DNA from: Phycisphaerae bacterium
GTDB taxonomy: Bacteria > Planctomycetota > Phycisphaerae > UBA1845 > Fen-1342
DNA length: 64,000 bases
Direction: 5' to 3'
Assembly: GCA_050115495.1 (NCBI GenBank)
Contig: JASFQK010000017.1
Coordinates: forward strand, 1 to 64,000
Made by a program: the position numbers and the translations under genes
In this document: piece by piece, positions 1-18,081 of the stretch
How the letters are laid out: every line of letters begins with the position of its first letter
How positions within the stretch are numbered: position 1 is the first letter of the stretch
The notes under the pieces: generated by a model
Databases searched by the model: none
Told to the model about the DNA's origin: nothing
Seen by the model: the letters and a program-made list of their open reading frames with translations, nothing else

Positions 1-125
1 CGCGTCGTTACTCTCGTGCATCGGCGTACTCCTCTGCCCAGCGTGGGCGGCTCGGAACCAATCTTGATCCCGAGAGTACGCCGCCTTTTTTCATCCCGCC
101 ATCAACGAAATTCGGTTATAGCTCG
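1..125 (-). mobile_element. Probable left end of an insertion sequence (start of a minus-strand gene with RBS sequestered in a hairpin), running off the window edge
   Basis: Minus-strand ATG at 21-19 (MHESNDA...) with AGAGGAG RBS at 35-29. The RBS overlaps one arm of a perfect 10-bp inverted repeat (22-31/74-83). The upstream ORF 102..695 ends abruptly here. The IS identity is inferred. Confidence 0.35.
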
Positions 126-695
126 CAGAGCGGTCAATGCCTCCTGAAGTCTGGAGTTCCCCCTGAGATCCTGCTGTCCAGGAAGCAGACTGGCAAGGTC
201 TGATCCGGTGCCGAAGAGCTCCTTCTCTGTGTTGGCACGAAGCGGATAGAGGCACGCCAGCGAGACGTTGTAGAGCAATTCGCAGAGGCCTTGATTGAGA
301 AGGCAAAGATACCCGTGGGGAGTGGCCTGGGCGCAGGCGTTGAAATCGGATGTAGGGAAGATGTTGAAATAGACGTCGCCGGGCAGCGTCCTACCAGCTT
401 CCGTTAGCGCTCGCGTGACTGTCCTGACGTACTCGTCGATCAATGTCTCCTCGACACCTTCCTCTCGTTCGATCGCTTCGACAGCCGCGATCACATCTGC
501 CTCCGTCAGGCCGCGTTCCGCCGCCGTGCCTCGAATGGCATCAAGGGCGAGCCTTGCGGCCTGACGCTTCCAAAGCTCCGGAGAATGTAGCCACCTCTTA
601 AGCTTCTCGTACATTTCTCTCTGAGTAGGCATGGGAGGCTTCGGTTTGAGGCCATGAGCACGCAGGAGCTTACGGTAGTCGCTTTTCAGACTCAT
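102..695 (-). pseudogene. Hypothetical protein, probably a C-terminally truncated M48/U49-like zinc peptidase
   Basis: GGAGGTGAGGA RBS before the ATG. The motif 'DFNACAQATPHGYLCLLNQGL' resembles the N-terminal NA-x-A...lvlntGL segment of M48/U49-type peptidases, but no HExxH occurs before the stop. Codon usage is atypical. Confidence 0.4.
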
Positions 696-1557
696 TCCTC
701 ACCTCCGGCTTCGGCATCGCATGTGTCCTGGTGGCCAACAATGATCAGACGAGCCCGCACAGGATTCGGGACATCACAAGTCTGCGCGTATGAGACACCC
801 TCTGTTCAGCTGCCAAAGTACGATACAACTGCATCCCTCAAGGACGGGCGGATGCTGCAGCCGCTCAGTGCAGTGGGTTAGGTGGGTAACCATAGGAAGC
901 TCTTCCTCAAGGCCCGTCCGCAGGACTGCACACGCCTGACGGTCGGGGCTAAGGACGTGCGCGCTGATCGTCGTGGTCATGACGTCGGCAAGGCCCTGCA
1001 GCCCCTGATCCGCACGGATATCCTAGCCGCATTCGAGAAGGTGCGCGACGAAGAAGGACCGGCGGCTGCGCCCAGTAACCTGCCTCGTCTGGCCCACTCT
1101 CATAGTCACCTCCTGAGCCGCGCTGTCCGAACGAGGGGTTCGTCTGCATGATTCCGTTCCCGTTCGATGCTCTGTGTGTTCTTCCGACAGCTTCCCTTCC
1201 GAAAGGTTCATTGCCGACGCGGCTCCGCAGATGACTTGCTCCGGCACTGCGCCAAACAGCAACAACTTATCGTAACGCGCCGCAGCCGCGGGCGTCCACG
1301 TGGTGACAGCTCAATCTACTGCGGCCGTCGGCGGAGGACGGCAGTACTGGGCGGAGGTGGGAGAGGCCCGTGGCATGTGGCCTCGGAAATCGCACCGCAG
1401 CGGTCAGCGCCAGGAACGAAGACTCTCGCTGTTCGGCCTCGGATCGGTCGCCGGCGTCATCGAGCCGCTTAATGGCCGGGTCAGCCCCACACCACTGCAG
1501 ACATGGTGATCCCGTCCTGGCAGCCAGCGATCTCAACCGCCTGCTTCGCCATCTTGA

Positions 1558-1589
1558 GCTCGGTGTCCCAGTTGTGTGGGACACCGAGC
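1558..1589. repeat. Perfect 13-bp inverted repeat with 6-nt loop
   Basis: GCTCGGTGTCCCA (1558-1570) / TGGGACACCGAGC (1577-1589); no U-tract. Confidence 0.8.
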
Positions 1590-1761
1590 ACGTCATCGGT
1601 AGTACCGCCTCGTTCTGGTCGAGTTCAACTCGAACACGCGAGCAATAGCAAAGCGTCGCGCCAGGACGATGCCCTCCGCATTTCCATAGGGTCCTCTGGC
1701 CCGCGGTTCGGTCCCGCACGCACATACACTGGGCAAGGAAGCGCTATAATGGGGACTGCCC

Positions 1762-3441
1762 CTACCCCCCCACCTCAAACTGCAACACATCCCTCCGCTC
1801 CCCCCGCGGGTAGTAGCGGATCGTCTGCACCTTCTCGCCGCGGAGGACGTGGAGTTCCACCTGCTCGTCCGCATCGCCGCGGATCTTCCAGCCGGCGAGG
1901 GTGTCGCCCTCTCGCAGACCGGCGGCCGCCGCTGGCGACCCTGACTTTAGGCCCCGCACGCATGACTCGCGTAGCGAACGCTCGCGGTCGAAGCCCAGGT
2001 CGAACTCGTACACCGCCTGCACCCGCCCCGTCAGCTCCGGGGCCAGCGCGTCCGCCGGCACGTCGACCGTCGCCGCCTGCGTCACGTACCGGTCGAACTC
2101 CGCCCCGAACCACTTGCCCAATACCCGGGAGCCCTCCCGGCGGATGTCCGCGTTCGACACCTCGAACCCCTCCCGCCGACCGCGGTCCACCAGCACGCGG
2201 AACAGCGCGTCGATCCCGTCGGTGACGCCGTGATCCCGTGCCACCCGCTGCCACCGCAGCCCCAACATTAGCCCGCGCTGATACGGCACCTCTCCCACCG
2301 TGTTCCGCTCCGCCCAGTACCGCTCGGCGATCTCCTCGTTCGTCGCATGAATCGCCGGATTGGCGTCGTACTCGCGCAGGTGGCGGTTGATCCACTTCGC
2401 GTATACCGCCGGCGACCAGTGCCCCGACTCGTACAGGATCCGCAGGGCGTAGTAGTCGGTGAACCCCTCGATGAACCAGTAGACGAGCTTATCGGGCGTC
2501 TTCGCCTTCAGCAGCCCACCGTTCCAGAAGTGAAACAGCTCGTGGGCGAACAGGTGCTCGAACGCGTCGGTCAGCCCCGACTTCGGCGCCGCCATCAGGG
2601 CGAAGCTGTGGTGTAGGCCCATGCCGACGAGCCGGGCGTTACCGGGTTTGACCGGCTCACCGACGGGCACCGCCGTCACCAGGAACGGCGGAAAATCCTC
2701 TTCCTGCATGAAGTTACACTCATGCCCCACGATCGCCGCCGCCAGGTCCGCGAACTCGTCGGCGGTGAACCCGAACCGATCGACGATCGCCACGCTGACC
2801 TTGCGCCCATCCCGCTCGACCCGGCGCGTCTCCAGCCGGCCGGCCAGGTACACCGAATTCCGCACATCCGCCGGCGACATCCGCGCCCCCACGCTCGGCC
2901 CCGCCCCCCAGGAGCAGACGGCCGTCCACCCCTCCGGCAGCTTCCACCGCAGCGTAATGTCGTACTCCTCCGGCAGCCCGCCGCCGGACTGCGGCGCTAG
3001 CAGGAACGCATAACCCATCCCGTGGAAGAACGTCCGATTCGTCACGGGCGCGTGTGCGGCGTCCCAGGCGAGGCTGCGCCGACCGGGATGTACGACATAC
3101 GTGCACGTGATCGTGGCGCCGCGCGGGTGGTCCAATAACCAGCGCGTCTTACCCGTTTGCCGCGCCGACGCGCCGTCGATGCGCAGGTTCCGAATCAGCG
3201 CCGGCACGTCCGCAACGCTGCCCCACTTGGCAGCGACGTTCAACGCCGACTGACCGCGGCCTTCGGTCTGCCAGGTCAGCGTGACCCGCATTTCCCCGCC
3301 TTCAATGTCCGGTTCGAGCGTGTAGCTGACGGTCTCCGCAAAGGCGGCGGTCGGCACGAGTTGCGCGACGGCCAACAATACGAGCGCTTTCACGCCTGAT
3401 GATGTCAGAGTCCGCTTGTGATTGTCGCGATTCCAAAGCAT
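1762..3441 (-). CDS. M61-family (glycyl aminopeptidase-like) zinc metallopeptidase with C-terminal PDZ-like domain, secreted
   Basis: AHELFHFWNG (HExxH) plus WFIEGFTDYY, PYQRG and GSPAAAAGLREGD (PDZ); hydrophobic signal peptide. Start uncertain (3489 or 3441). Confidence 0.8.
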   Translation of the reverse strand: MLWNRDNHKRTLTSSGVKALVLLAVAQLVPTAAFAETVSYTLEPDIEGGEMRVTLTWQTEGRGQSALNVAAKWGSVADVPALIRNLRIDGASARQTGKTRWLLDHPRGATITCTYVVHPGRRSLAWDAAHAPVTNRTFFHGMGYAFLLAPQSGGGLPEEYDITLRWKLPEGWTAVCSWGAGPSVGARMSPADVRNSVYLAGRLETRRVERDGRKVSVAIVDRFGFTADEFADLAAAIVGHECNFMQEEDFPPFLVTAVPVGEPVKPGNARLVGMGLHHSFALMAAPKSGLTDAFEHLFAHELFHFWNGGLLKAKTPDKLVYWFIEGFTDYYALRILYESGHWSPAVYAKWINRHLREYDANPAIHATNEEIAERYWAERNTVGEVPYQRGLMLGLRWQRVARDHGVTDGIDALFRVLVDRGRREGFEVSNADIRREGSRVLGKWFGAEFDRYVTQAATVDVPADALAPELTGRVQAVYEFDLGFDRERSLRESCVRGLKSGSPAAAAGLREGDTLAGWKIRGDADEQVELHVLRGEKVQTIRYYPRGERRDVLQFEVGG

Positions 3442-3711
3442 GGAGAACCGCCATCTCGGATTTGCCTGTCCCCATCTCATTTTACACACTTCCGCTGTCT
3501 ACACACGCTGCCGGCCTCAGCCGGCCACCCTGCAAACCTGCACATGGCACGGCAACGCCTGCCACCATTGAGGGGCGCGCCCGCGGGCGCGCCCCTCTGC
3601 GTGCGCCCCCAACAACATCGCGCAGCGCCGGCGCCCCAACCGTGCACAGATGCACACCACGCCAACCCCGCGCCGATAAACCGTAATGGTTCTCAGCAGT
3701 CTGGAGGTACC

Positions 3712-5100
3712 GTGAGCACCATACGTCTTACCGCGCTGACGGCAATAGCGACCGCCCTCGCCACCCCGGCCTGGTCGGCCAGTCCGGAGTACGTCGCCTC
3801 GCGTGATGTTCTGCTGACCTTCGCGGCGACCGCCAACACGCCCGTAACCGGTGTCGAACTGTGGGTTTCCTGCGACAACGGGCAAACCTGGCAGAAGGAA
3901 CCCGCGGAGCGCACCGACCAGCAAACCGTGCGCTACACCGCCCCCGCCGACGGCCGCTATGCGCTGTACCTGATCCTGCGCAACGCGGTCGGGCAGTCAG
4001 CCAACCCGCCGACCGTCGGTACGCGTCCGCACGCGCTGCTGGTTCTGGACACCGTCGCTCCGACGTTGCAGCTACATGAGATTCTTCCGCCCGTAGCGGC
4101 GCGGCCGGCGTTAGTCGACCTCGACCCGCTGGTATCGGAGGACCTTTCGCAGTCGCCGTGGGCGCAGCAAGCCCTCAGCCCGGCGACGCCCGCTCCGATC
4201 ACGATCCCGATCCGGGCGACAGTGATTGACGAGAATCTGGGTCCGCAGGGGCTGCGCGTGTTCTACCGCGGTATCGGGGAAGAAGAGTGGCACGACGGTG
4301 GGACCGCTCCCACGAGCGACGGGCTCATTATCTGGCAACAGCCGGACGACCTGCCGGATCCGTTTGAGGTCCGCGTCGTGGCGACGGACCTGGCGGGCAA
4401 CCAGGCGCACGATGAACTGGCCAGCGTACCCGATGCGCCGGCGCCGACGAGTCAGCCCACCGAGACGGTGATCGTCTCCGTTGCGCCCGCCAGCGACGCA
4501 GCCATGGAGCCGATTGCGCCCGTGGAGCCGGCGGCGCCCGTGATCGTGGAGGACGTCGAACCGCTGGTGCTCGAAGACGAAGCGCCGGCGTCCCCACCCA
4601 AGCCGACGAACCGCCCGGAGAGCGAGCAACTCCACCGGCTGGGTCTGCGGTTCATGAACGAACGGCAGTACGCGCTGGCCGCGGCGCGGCTGGAAGATGC
4701 ACTGAAGCTCTCGCCGGAAGACGCGGATCTCCAGGTCGATCTGGGCAGTGCGCTCTATTGGTCGCAGCGTTACAGCGAGGCCGACGCATACTTCGAGAAG
4801 GCACTCAAGTCGTATCCAAACCACACGGGGGCGATCGAGGGACTGGCTCTGGTGGCCGCCACGGAAAAGCGGTACCCTCAGGCCCGCGAGCACCTGCACC
4901 GTTTGCTCAAGCTGATGCCCGAATCTGACGTCACGTGGCTCCGCTGCGGCGACATCGAGCACAAGCTGGGCAATCGCGACAAGGCCGTCGAGGCCTGGGA
5001 GCACGTGCTCGACCTGCCGAACGTGGATGATTCGGTACGGGAGAAGGCCCTGAAGCGCCTGCGGTACTTCGCCGACGACCGCCCGGCGCAGCAACCCTAG
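3712..5100 (+). CDS. Secreted protein with N-terminal Ig/beta-sandwich region and C-terminal TPR repeats
   Basis: GGAGGT RBS before GTG 3712; signal peptide ending AWS-A; TPR-like helices (ALKLSPEDADLQVDLGSAL..., ALKSYPNHTGAIEGLA...). Confidence 0.75.
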   Translation: MSTIRLTALTAIATALATPAWSASPEYVASRDVLLTFAATANTPVTGVELWVSCDNGQTWQKEPAERTDQQTVRYTAPADGRYALYLILRNAVGQSANPPTVGTRPHALLVLDTVAPTLQLHEILPPVAARPALVDLDPLVSEDLSQSPWAQQALSPATPAPITIPIRATVIDENLGPQGLRVFYRGIGEEEWHDGGTAPTSDGLIIWQQPDDLPDPFEVRVVATDLAGNQAHDELASVPDAPAPTSQPTETVIVSVAPASDAAMEPIAPVEPAAPVIVEDVEPLVLEDEAPASPPKPTNRPESEQLHRLGLRFMNERQYALAAARLEDALKLSPEDADLQVDLGSALYWSQRYSEADAYFEKALKSYPNHTGAIEGLALVAATEKRYPQAREHLHRLLKLMPESDVTWLRCGDIEHKLGNRDKAVEAWEHVLDLPNVDDSVREKALKRLRYFADDRPAQQP

Positions 5101-5114
5101 ATCCGGCACCAGGC

Positions 5115-6107
5115 ATGGCCCAGGCTCAACCTCCGGCGATCGTCATCTACGGGGACGAAACACACCAGAAAGCGGTGGCTCTGGAGCGCGCGCTCGATGC
5201 ACTGCTCCCGCCGGACGTGGACCGCGCCCTGGCCCTAACGGTGTACGAGGGCACGGAAAACGAGGAACAGGGCGGCCCGACGTTCGCGCTGGTGGCGGAC
5301 GATCTGAGCACGCTGCCACTGCTGACAGACCGGCGGGTCGTGGTGATCCGCGACGCGGACCGGTTCATCTCAGCGTCGCGTGAACGGCTGGAGCGGTTCT
5401 TCGCCTCGCCGCCGCCGACGGGCACGCTGGTCCTCGAATGCCGCAGCTTCCCGCGGACGACGCGGCTTTACAAGGCGATTGCGGCCGTCGACGGCAAGCT
5501 GATCGAGTGCAAAAAGCTCACCGGTCGGGGTCTGGTCGAGTTCGTGATGGAAGAGGCCCGGGCCCGCAGGAAGCGCATGGATTACGCGACAGCGGCGCGG
5601 ATTTGCGCGCTCGTCGGACAGGATCAGGGGATGCTCGCCGGCGAGGTCGAGAAGCTGGCCCTGTACGCGACGGACCGGCCGGCGATCACGGCCAAGGACG
5701 TGGCCGAGCTGGTCGGACAAAGCCGGGAGGAAAAGGTCTTCGCCGTCATGGACGCTGCCGCCGCCGGCCGGGCCCCGGAAGCCCTGCGGCTGTGGTACGA
5801 AGTTTGCGCTACGGATCCGGCGGCGGTGTACAAAGCTGTGGGGGGAATCGGGTACGTTCTGCGGCGGTGGCTGCTGGCCCACCGACTGGCGGCGGAACGC
5901 GTTCCCGTGAAGGCGATCGTTCCGAAAGTGATGATGTGGGGGCGTGAGGAGCTGCTGGCGACGCTCCTGCGAAGGCTCCCGCCGACCCGGTTGCAGCGGC
6001 TCCTGGCTGCGCTGGCGGAACTGGACTCGCAAGCCAAGTCGGGCACCCGGTCGATAGAGAGAGGTGTGGAGGGACTTGTGCTGCAAGTGGCAGCTCCGGC
6101 CACGTAA
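5115..6107 (+). CDS. holA: DNA polymerase III delta subunit
   Basis: IVIYGDE, TLPLLTDRRVVVIRDAD, EVEKLALY and LAELDSQAKSG motifs; 330 aa. Confidence 0.9.
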   Translation: MAQAQPPAIVIYGDETHQKAVALERALDALLPPDVDRALALTVYEGTENEEQGGPTFALVADDLSTLPLLTDRRVVVIRDADRFISASRERLERFFASPPPTGTLVLECRSFPRTTRLYKAIAAVDGKLIECKKLTGRGLVEFVMEEARARRKRMDYATAARICALVGQDQGMLAGEVEKLALYATDRPAITAKDVAELVGQSREEKVFAVMDAAAAGRAPEALRLWYEVCATDPAAVYKAVGGIGYVLRRWLLAHRLAAERVPVKAIVPKVMMWGREELLATLLRRLPPTRLQRLLAALAELDSQAKSGTRSIERGVEGLVLQVAAPAT

Positions 6108-6128
6108 GGAATTTGTTCGGAGCCGCGC

Positions 6129-7364
6129 ATGGATGCGAAGAAGACGCTCGCCCTGCTCGGCGGCGCGCTGGTCATGATGACCGGTTGCTTCCCGCTGCGG
6201 GATTCACCGACCGCTCACCCGGAGAATCCGGAACCCACCGACCCACTGCCCCCGTCGGAGGTCGTCCAGGCTGGACCGGCCGAATCCGCGGAGCTCGCAG
6301 CGGACACGTCGGCAGACGACGTGGACATCCTCGTCCAGGGCTACATCGCTAACGTGGACGGGATCGCCACACGCCTGCAACGCAATCCCGGCCAGGCGAA
6401 CCCCGGCAGACTCGTATCGGCCATCGAAACCACCACGCAACCGCCGCAGTCGCTGAACGACTTTCCCGGCGATGGCGATGAACCGACGGCCGAGCCCCTG
6501 ACCGGCGCAGCGCTGCCCTGGCAAACGCCGGGCGCTCCGTCGATGGCGTTCCAGCGGCCGAAGTCGCCCGTCCTCGGCGGGCTCACCGTGCACGCAGCTC
6601 CCGCAGAGCTCGCCACCGATACGGGAGACGCAACCGCGGCGGCGGTCAACGGGACGGCAACCGCCCACAACGCCCCGGTCTCGCTGCGCGACATGCTGGA
6701 CCACTGGCCGGGCGATCCGGAGGCGAGCACGTTCCGGCGGCAGCTCGACCGGCGGATGATCGCCGTCCTCGCCGGCGACTACGCCGAAGCCCGACGCCCG
6801 CTGACGATGGTCTCCGACGCCCAGCAAGACATCGCCGCCCGGTTCGTCGAATCGCTGATCGTGATCCGCGACGAGCACGACGGCGATCCCGCCGGCGCAT
6901 CGACCCGCGTGATGGAAGAGCTGGCCGAACTGAGCGAGGCGCTGCGTAGCCTCAGCGATCTGCGTATCCCCACGCTGGCCATCTGCCAGGAAGTGAGCGG
7001 CTACGGCATCTACAAGCCGATCGAGCCGGCGGTCTTCCCGGGAGGCGTGCCCAGCGAGTTCGTCACGTACTGCGAGGTCAGTGACTTCGTCCGCCAGCGC
7101 GGCGAGGACGGCCTGTACGTCTCGCGCTTCGACATGCGGACGCGGGTGCTGGACAGCCTGGGCGAGACAGTGCTGGACGTCCGGGACCGGGACATCGTGG
7201 ACCGCTGCCGGCAGCCCCGACACGATTGCTTCATCCCCCGCCTGATCCGCGTGCCGGGCACCCTGGCACCGGGCGAGTATGTGGTAAAAGTGACGATTGT
7301 TGATAAACTTGGGGAGAAGGTTACGGAGAATCGCGCGTCGTTCCGCGTGCTCGCAGGCCCATGA
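6129..7364 (+). CDS. Hypothetical lipoprotein
   Basis: Lipobox MTGC after a hydrophobic stretch; beta-rich C-terminal domain (PGEYVVKVTIVDKLG). Confidence 0.7.
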   Translation: MDAKKTLALLGGALVMMTGCFPLRDSPTAHPENPEPTDPLPPSEVVQAGPAESAELAADTSADDVDILVQGYIANVDGIATRLQRNPGQANPGRLVSAIETTTQPPQSLNDFPGDGDEPTAEPLTGAALPWQTPGAPSMAFQRPKSPVLGGLTVHAAPAELATDTGDATAAAVNGTATAHNAPVSLRDMLDHWPGDPEASTFRRQLDRRMIAVLAGDYAEARRPLTMVSDAQQDIAARFVESLIVIRDEHDGDPAGASTRVMEELAELSEALRSLSDLRIPTLAICQEVSGYGIYKPIEPAVFPGGVPSEFVTYCEVSDFVRQRGEDGLYVSRFDMRTRVLDSLGETVLDVRDRDIVDRCRQPRHDCFIPRLIRVPGTLAPGEYVVKVTIVDKLGEKVTENRASFRVLAGP

Positions 7365-7394
7365 TGGTGACGGCGGCGTGGCGCGCACTGCCGG

Positions 7395-7952
7395 TTGGAG
7401 CTGCGCGCAGTGAATTTCCCCCGCTTTCTCAGGCGGTTGTTTCGAACGCCATACGACGGCACGCGCCACTTCGGCGTTGTTGAAGAGGGCGTGCTGTATC
7501 GTTGCGGGCAACCGACGCCGGCCGAACTTACCGACCTCATCCAGCAGCATCACTTCCGCACGGTGGTGAGCCTGCGCGGCTCGCGGGACGCGGACGATCC
7601 CGACGGGTGGGAACAGGCGGAGCGTCAGGTCTGCCGCGACCACGGGGCGGAGTTCGTCGCCCTGCCCTGCAACCACAAGAACCCGCCGACGGTCGAGCAG
7701 ATGCGTCAGTTCCTCGACGTGGTGCAGGCGCCGCCACGACGACCAGTGCTGGTGCACTGCCGGCTCGGCCAGCAGCGGACGCTGCTGTTCTGCGCCCTGC
7801 ACCGGGTGCACGCCCAGGGCGTCGACCCGGAGCAGGCGCTCCGCGAGATGGACGAGCTGGGCTTCAACATCCGCCATCGGCGGCACCAGCGCCTGCTGCG
7901 AGCCTTCCGCGACCTGGCGGCAACTCCCGTCGGCGACTCCACGAGTCGCTGA
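7395..7952 (+). CDS. Dual-specificity/tyrosine protein phosphatase family protein
   Basis: LYRCGQP, VVSLRG and P-loop VLVHCRLGQQRT (HCxxGxxRT). Confidence 0.85.
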   Translation: MELRAVNFPRFLRRLFRTPYDGTRHFGVVEEGVLYRCGQPTPAELTDLIQQHHFRTVVSLRGSRDADDPDGWEQAERQVCRDHGAEFVALPCNHKNPPTVEQMRQFLDVVQAPPRRPVLVHCRLGQQRTLLFCALHRVHAQGVDPEQALREMDELGFNIRHRRHQRLLRAFRDLAATPVGDSTSR

Positions 7953-7986
7953 ACCATTCATCCATCCGGAATCTGGATTGGGAGGA

Positions 7987-8442
7987 TCAGGAATCCCCGG
8001 TCGGGCTATCGCCTTCGGGCGGCGTCGCGCGGCGGGCGTCGAGGAAGGACTGGAGGATCACCTGGGCAGCCAGGGCGTCGCGGAGGTTGCGGCGGCGGGA
8101 GCGGCGCACGGCGGCGGCGTCCAGGACCTGGTCCGCCGCGAAGCTGCTCAGCCGCTCGTCCCAAAGCTCGACAGGCAGGTCGCCGAGGGCAAGGAGCTGC
8201 TCGGCCAGGCGACGAGAGAGAGCAGCCTGGGGCCCCTCGGTGCCGTCCATGTTGATGGGGAGGCCGAGGACGATACCGCCGGCATCTCGGGAGCGGGCCC
8301 AGTCAAGAATCTGGCGGGCATCTTTGGGAGCGGTACCGGCGGCCGGGAGGGTGGTTTCGGGAAAGGCCATGGTATTTCCGGGGTCGGCAACAGCGAGGCC
8401 GATCCTCTTGGTCCCATAATCGACGCCGATCCAACAAGCCAC
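7987..8442 (-). CDS. ruvX: Holliday junction resolvase RuvX / pre-16S rRNA nuclease YqgF
   Basis: GVDYGTKRIGLAVAD, VLGLPINMDG, WDERLSS and DALAAQVILQSFLD; start approximate. Confidence 0.93.
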   Translation of the reverse strand: MACWIGVDYGTKRIGLAVADPGNTMAFPETTLPAAGTAPKDARQILDWARSRDAGGIVLGLPINMDGTEGPQAALSRRLAEQLLALGDLPVELWDERLSSFAADQVLDAAAVRRSRRRNLRDALAAQVILQSFLDARRATPPEGDSPTGDS

Positions 8443-8514
8443 GCGGGGTCCTCCAGGCTGTCCCCATGATGGGAATGGTTTGTCGAAAGTCAAATTTGTT
8501 TTCTGCTAAAGCGC

Positions 8515-8542
8515 TTGCCAAGGGGCTCGCCAGAAGTATAAT
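8515..8542 (+). promoter_or_regulatory. Sigma70-type promoter for the rpoB operon
   Basis: TTGCCA (8515-8520), 16-nt spacer, TATAAT (8537-8542), in an AT-rich patch ~200 nt upstream of rpoB. Confidence 0.7.
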
Positions 8543-8741
8543 GCTGGGTTCATTCAGCCGCAGTGCGCGCCCAAAAGGAGCGGCGGCGCGCAACAGAACA
8601 CGACGGCCGAAGGGTCCGGCATCACGAACTACGGCGAGGCAGCAGGTAGAGTGATCGGCTGTCGCAGCATTCCACGCCGCCTAATCCCTCAAGGGGGATT
8701 TGTGACTGCACGGGGAACGCCGAGCAACGAGGGTTGCCAGC

Positions 8742-12572
<3,831 letters not shown>

Positions 12573-12636
12573 GCACGGACCCGGCGGCCGGCCGGGGGCT
12601 GACCACGCCGGCCGCCAGCAACAGGAGCAGCTAACG

Positions 12637-13128
12637 ATGGCCGCGGTCACTTATGGCGACGGCAGCGACACCACGCCGGAAGAGCTCACCGAGTTCTACC
12701 AGCGGGTGGAGCACGCCATAGCCGCCCAGCCCGAGCAGATTCGCAAGATGATGGCGGCCAGCGCTGCCTTCATCACGGCGCGGGATGACGGGCGGCTGAT
12801 CGGTATTGCCCGCGGCGTGTGCGACGGCCTGCGTGGCTACCTGACCGAGTGCAAGCTGGATCCCCTGCACCAGGGGCCGGCGGCGGTAACGCGCACGGAC
12901 GGTCGCGTCGAACATGATACGGCGGGCATCGCCCGCGAGATGGCCCAGCGCGTCCTGGACAAGATGTACGCCGAGGGCGTCTGGCGTGTGGACGTGGTGG
13001 CCTGGGGGACTGAGGTCGATTTTCTGGAGGAGCTGGGGTTTCGACGACAGGGTGGCCTGGTCGGGATGACGATGCGGGCGGGCGACCGCCCCGCAACCGG
13101 CAACCCGGCACGTCCGCCCACGAGCTGA
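12637..13128 (+). CDS. GNAT-fold (N-acetyltransferase-like) protein between rpoB and rpoC
   Basis: AGGAG RBS at 12623-12627; [22 protein letters not shown]...GIA and FLEELGF GNAT pattern; host-like codon usage. Confidence 0.75.
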   Translation: MAAVTYGDGSDTTPEELTEFYQRVEHAIAAQPEQIRKMMAASAAFITARDDGRLIGIARGVCDGLRGYLTECKLDPLHQGPAAVTRTDGRVEHDTAGIAREMAQRVLDKMYAEGVWRVDVVAWGTEVDFLEELGFRRQGGLVGMTMRAGDRPATGNPARPPTS

Positions 13129-13219
13129 CGAAGAGACTCCTGCGCGGCCCGCACGCGGCGTCGCGGAGGCAACGTCCGGCCTCGCCGGACTGGACCTGGA
13201 GCAAGAGGTAGCGCAGCCC

Positions 13220-17629
<4,410 letters not shown>

Positions 17630-17657
17630 GTCGGCAGCTACAACCAGGTCAACCGAC

Positions 17658-17695
17658 AGCGGGCCTGCCCCACCGGGTAGGCCCGCTTCGTTTCT
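17658..17695 (+). terminator. Rho-independent terminator after rpoC
   Basis: AGCGGGCCT...AGGCCCGCT stem followed by TCGTTTCT. Confidence 0.75.
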
Positions 17696-17729
17696 GGTGG
17701 TGATTCGGGAGCGGTTACGGCCCGCGCAT

Positions 17730-17756
17730 GAAAGAGGCGCGGCAGTGCCGCGCCCC
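17730..17756 (-). terminator. Probable terminator of the convergent lipoprotein/tsaE-thiL unit
   Basis: GGCGCGGCA/TGCCGCGCC stem, followed on the minus strand by TCTTTC. Confidence 0.55.
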
Positions 17757-17798
17757 TGGGCTTGTCAGACAAGGTCGGGCGACGCCGGCCGGACGCGG

Positions 17799-18008
17799 TT
17801 AACGCATCTGCCAGCGGGTCAGGCGGGTCGGACGGTCCATGTGCCAGGCGAAGTTCCAGTCGTCTGACATCATGAGCAGTTCGTACTGCCAGACACGGCC
17901 GTACGTCTGGTGGACCTCGGCGGCCGAATCCGTCATGGTGGCACAGCCGGTGGTCGCCACCAGCACGAACAACGACCCAAGAAACAGCATCACACGCAGT
18001 GCACGCAT
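17799..18008 (-). CDS. Small lipoprotein of unknown function
   Basis: AAGGGG RBS; MRALR + hydrophobic core + TTGC lipobox; Trp-rich mature part (DDWNFAWHMDRPTRLTRW). Confidence 0.65.
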   Translation of the reverse strand: MRALRVMLFLGSLFVLVATTGCATMTDSAAEVHQTYGRVWQYELLMMSDDWNFAWHMDRPTRLTRWQMR

Positions 18009-18081
18009 CGCATTCCCCTTGAGGTCCAACTCACTCAAGCTCTTCACCAGTTTCTACGCCACCAATCCGTCTGTCAACCGG

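Noticed and set aside
774..1103. Possible stop-codon (TAG) readthrough protein
   Set aside because: The joined product resembles no family I recognise and there is no recoding machinery in the window; decay is more parsimonious.
1745..1750. TATAAT on the plus strand facing the 3' end of the M61 gene (antisense promoter)
   Set aside because: No -35 or extended -10 support; a single hexamer is insufficient.
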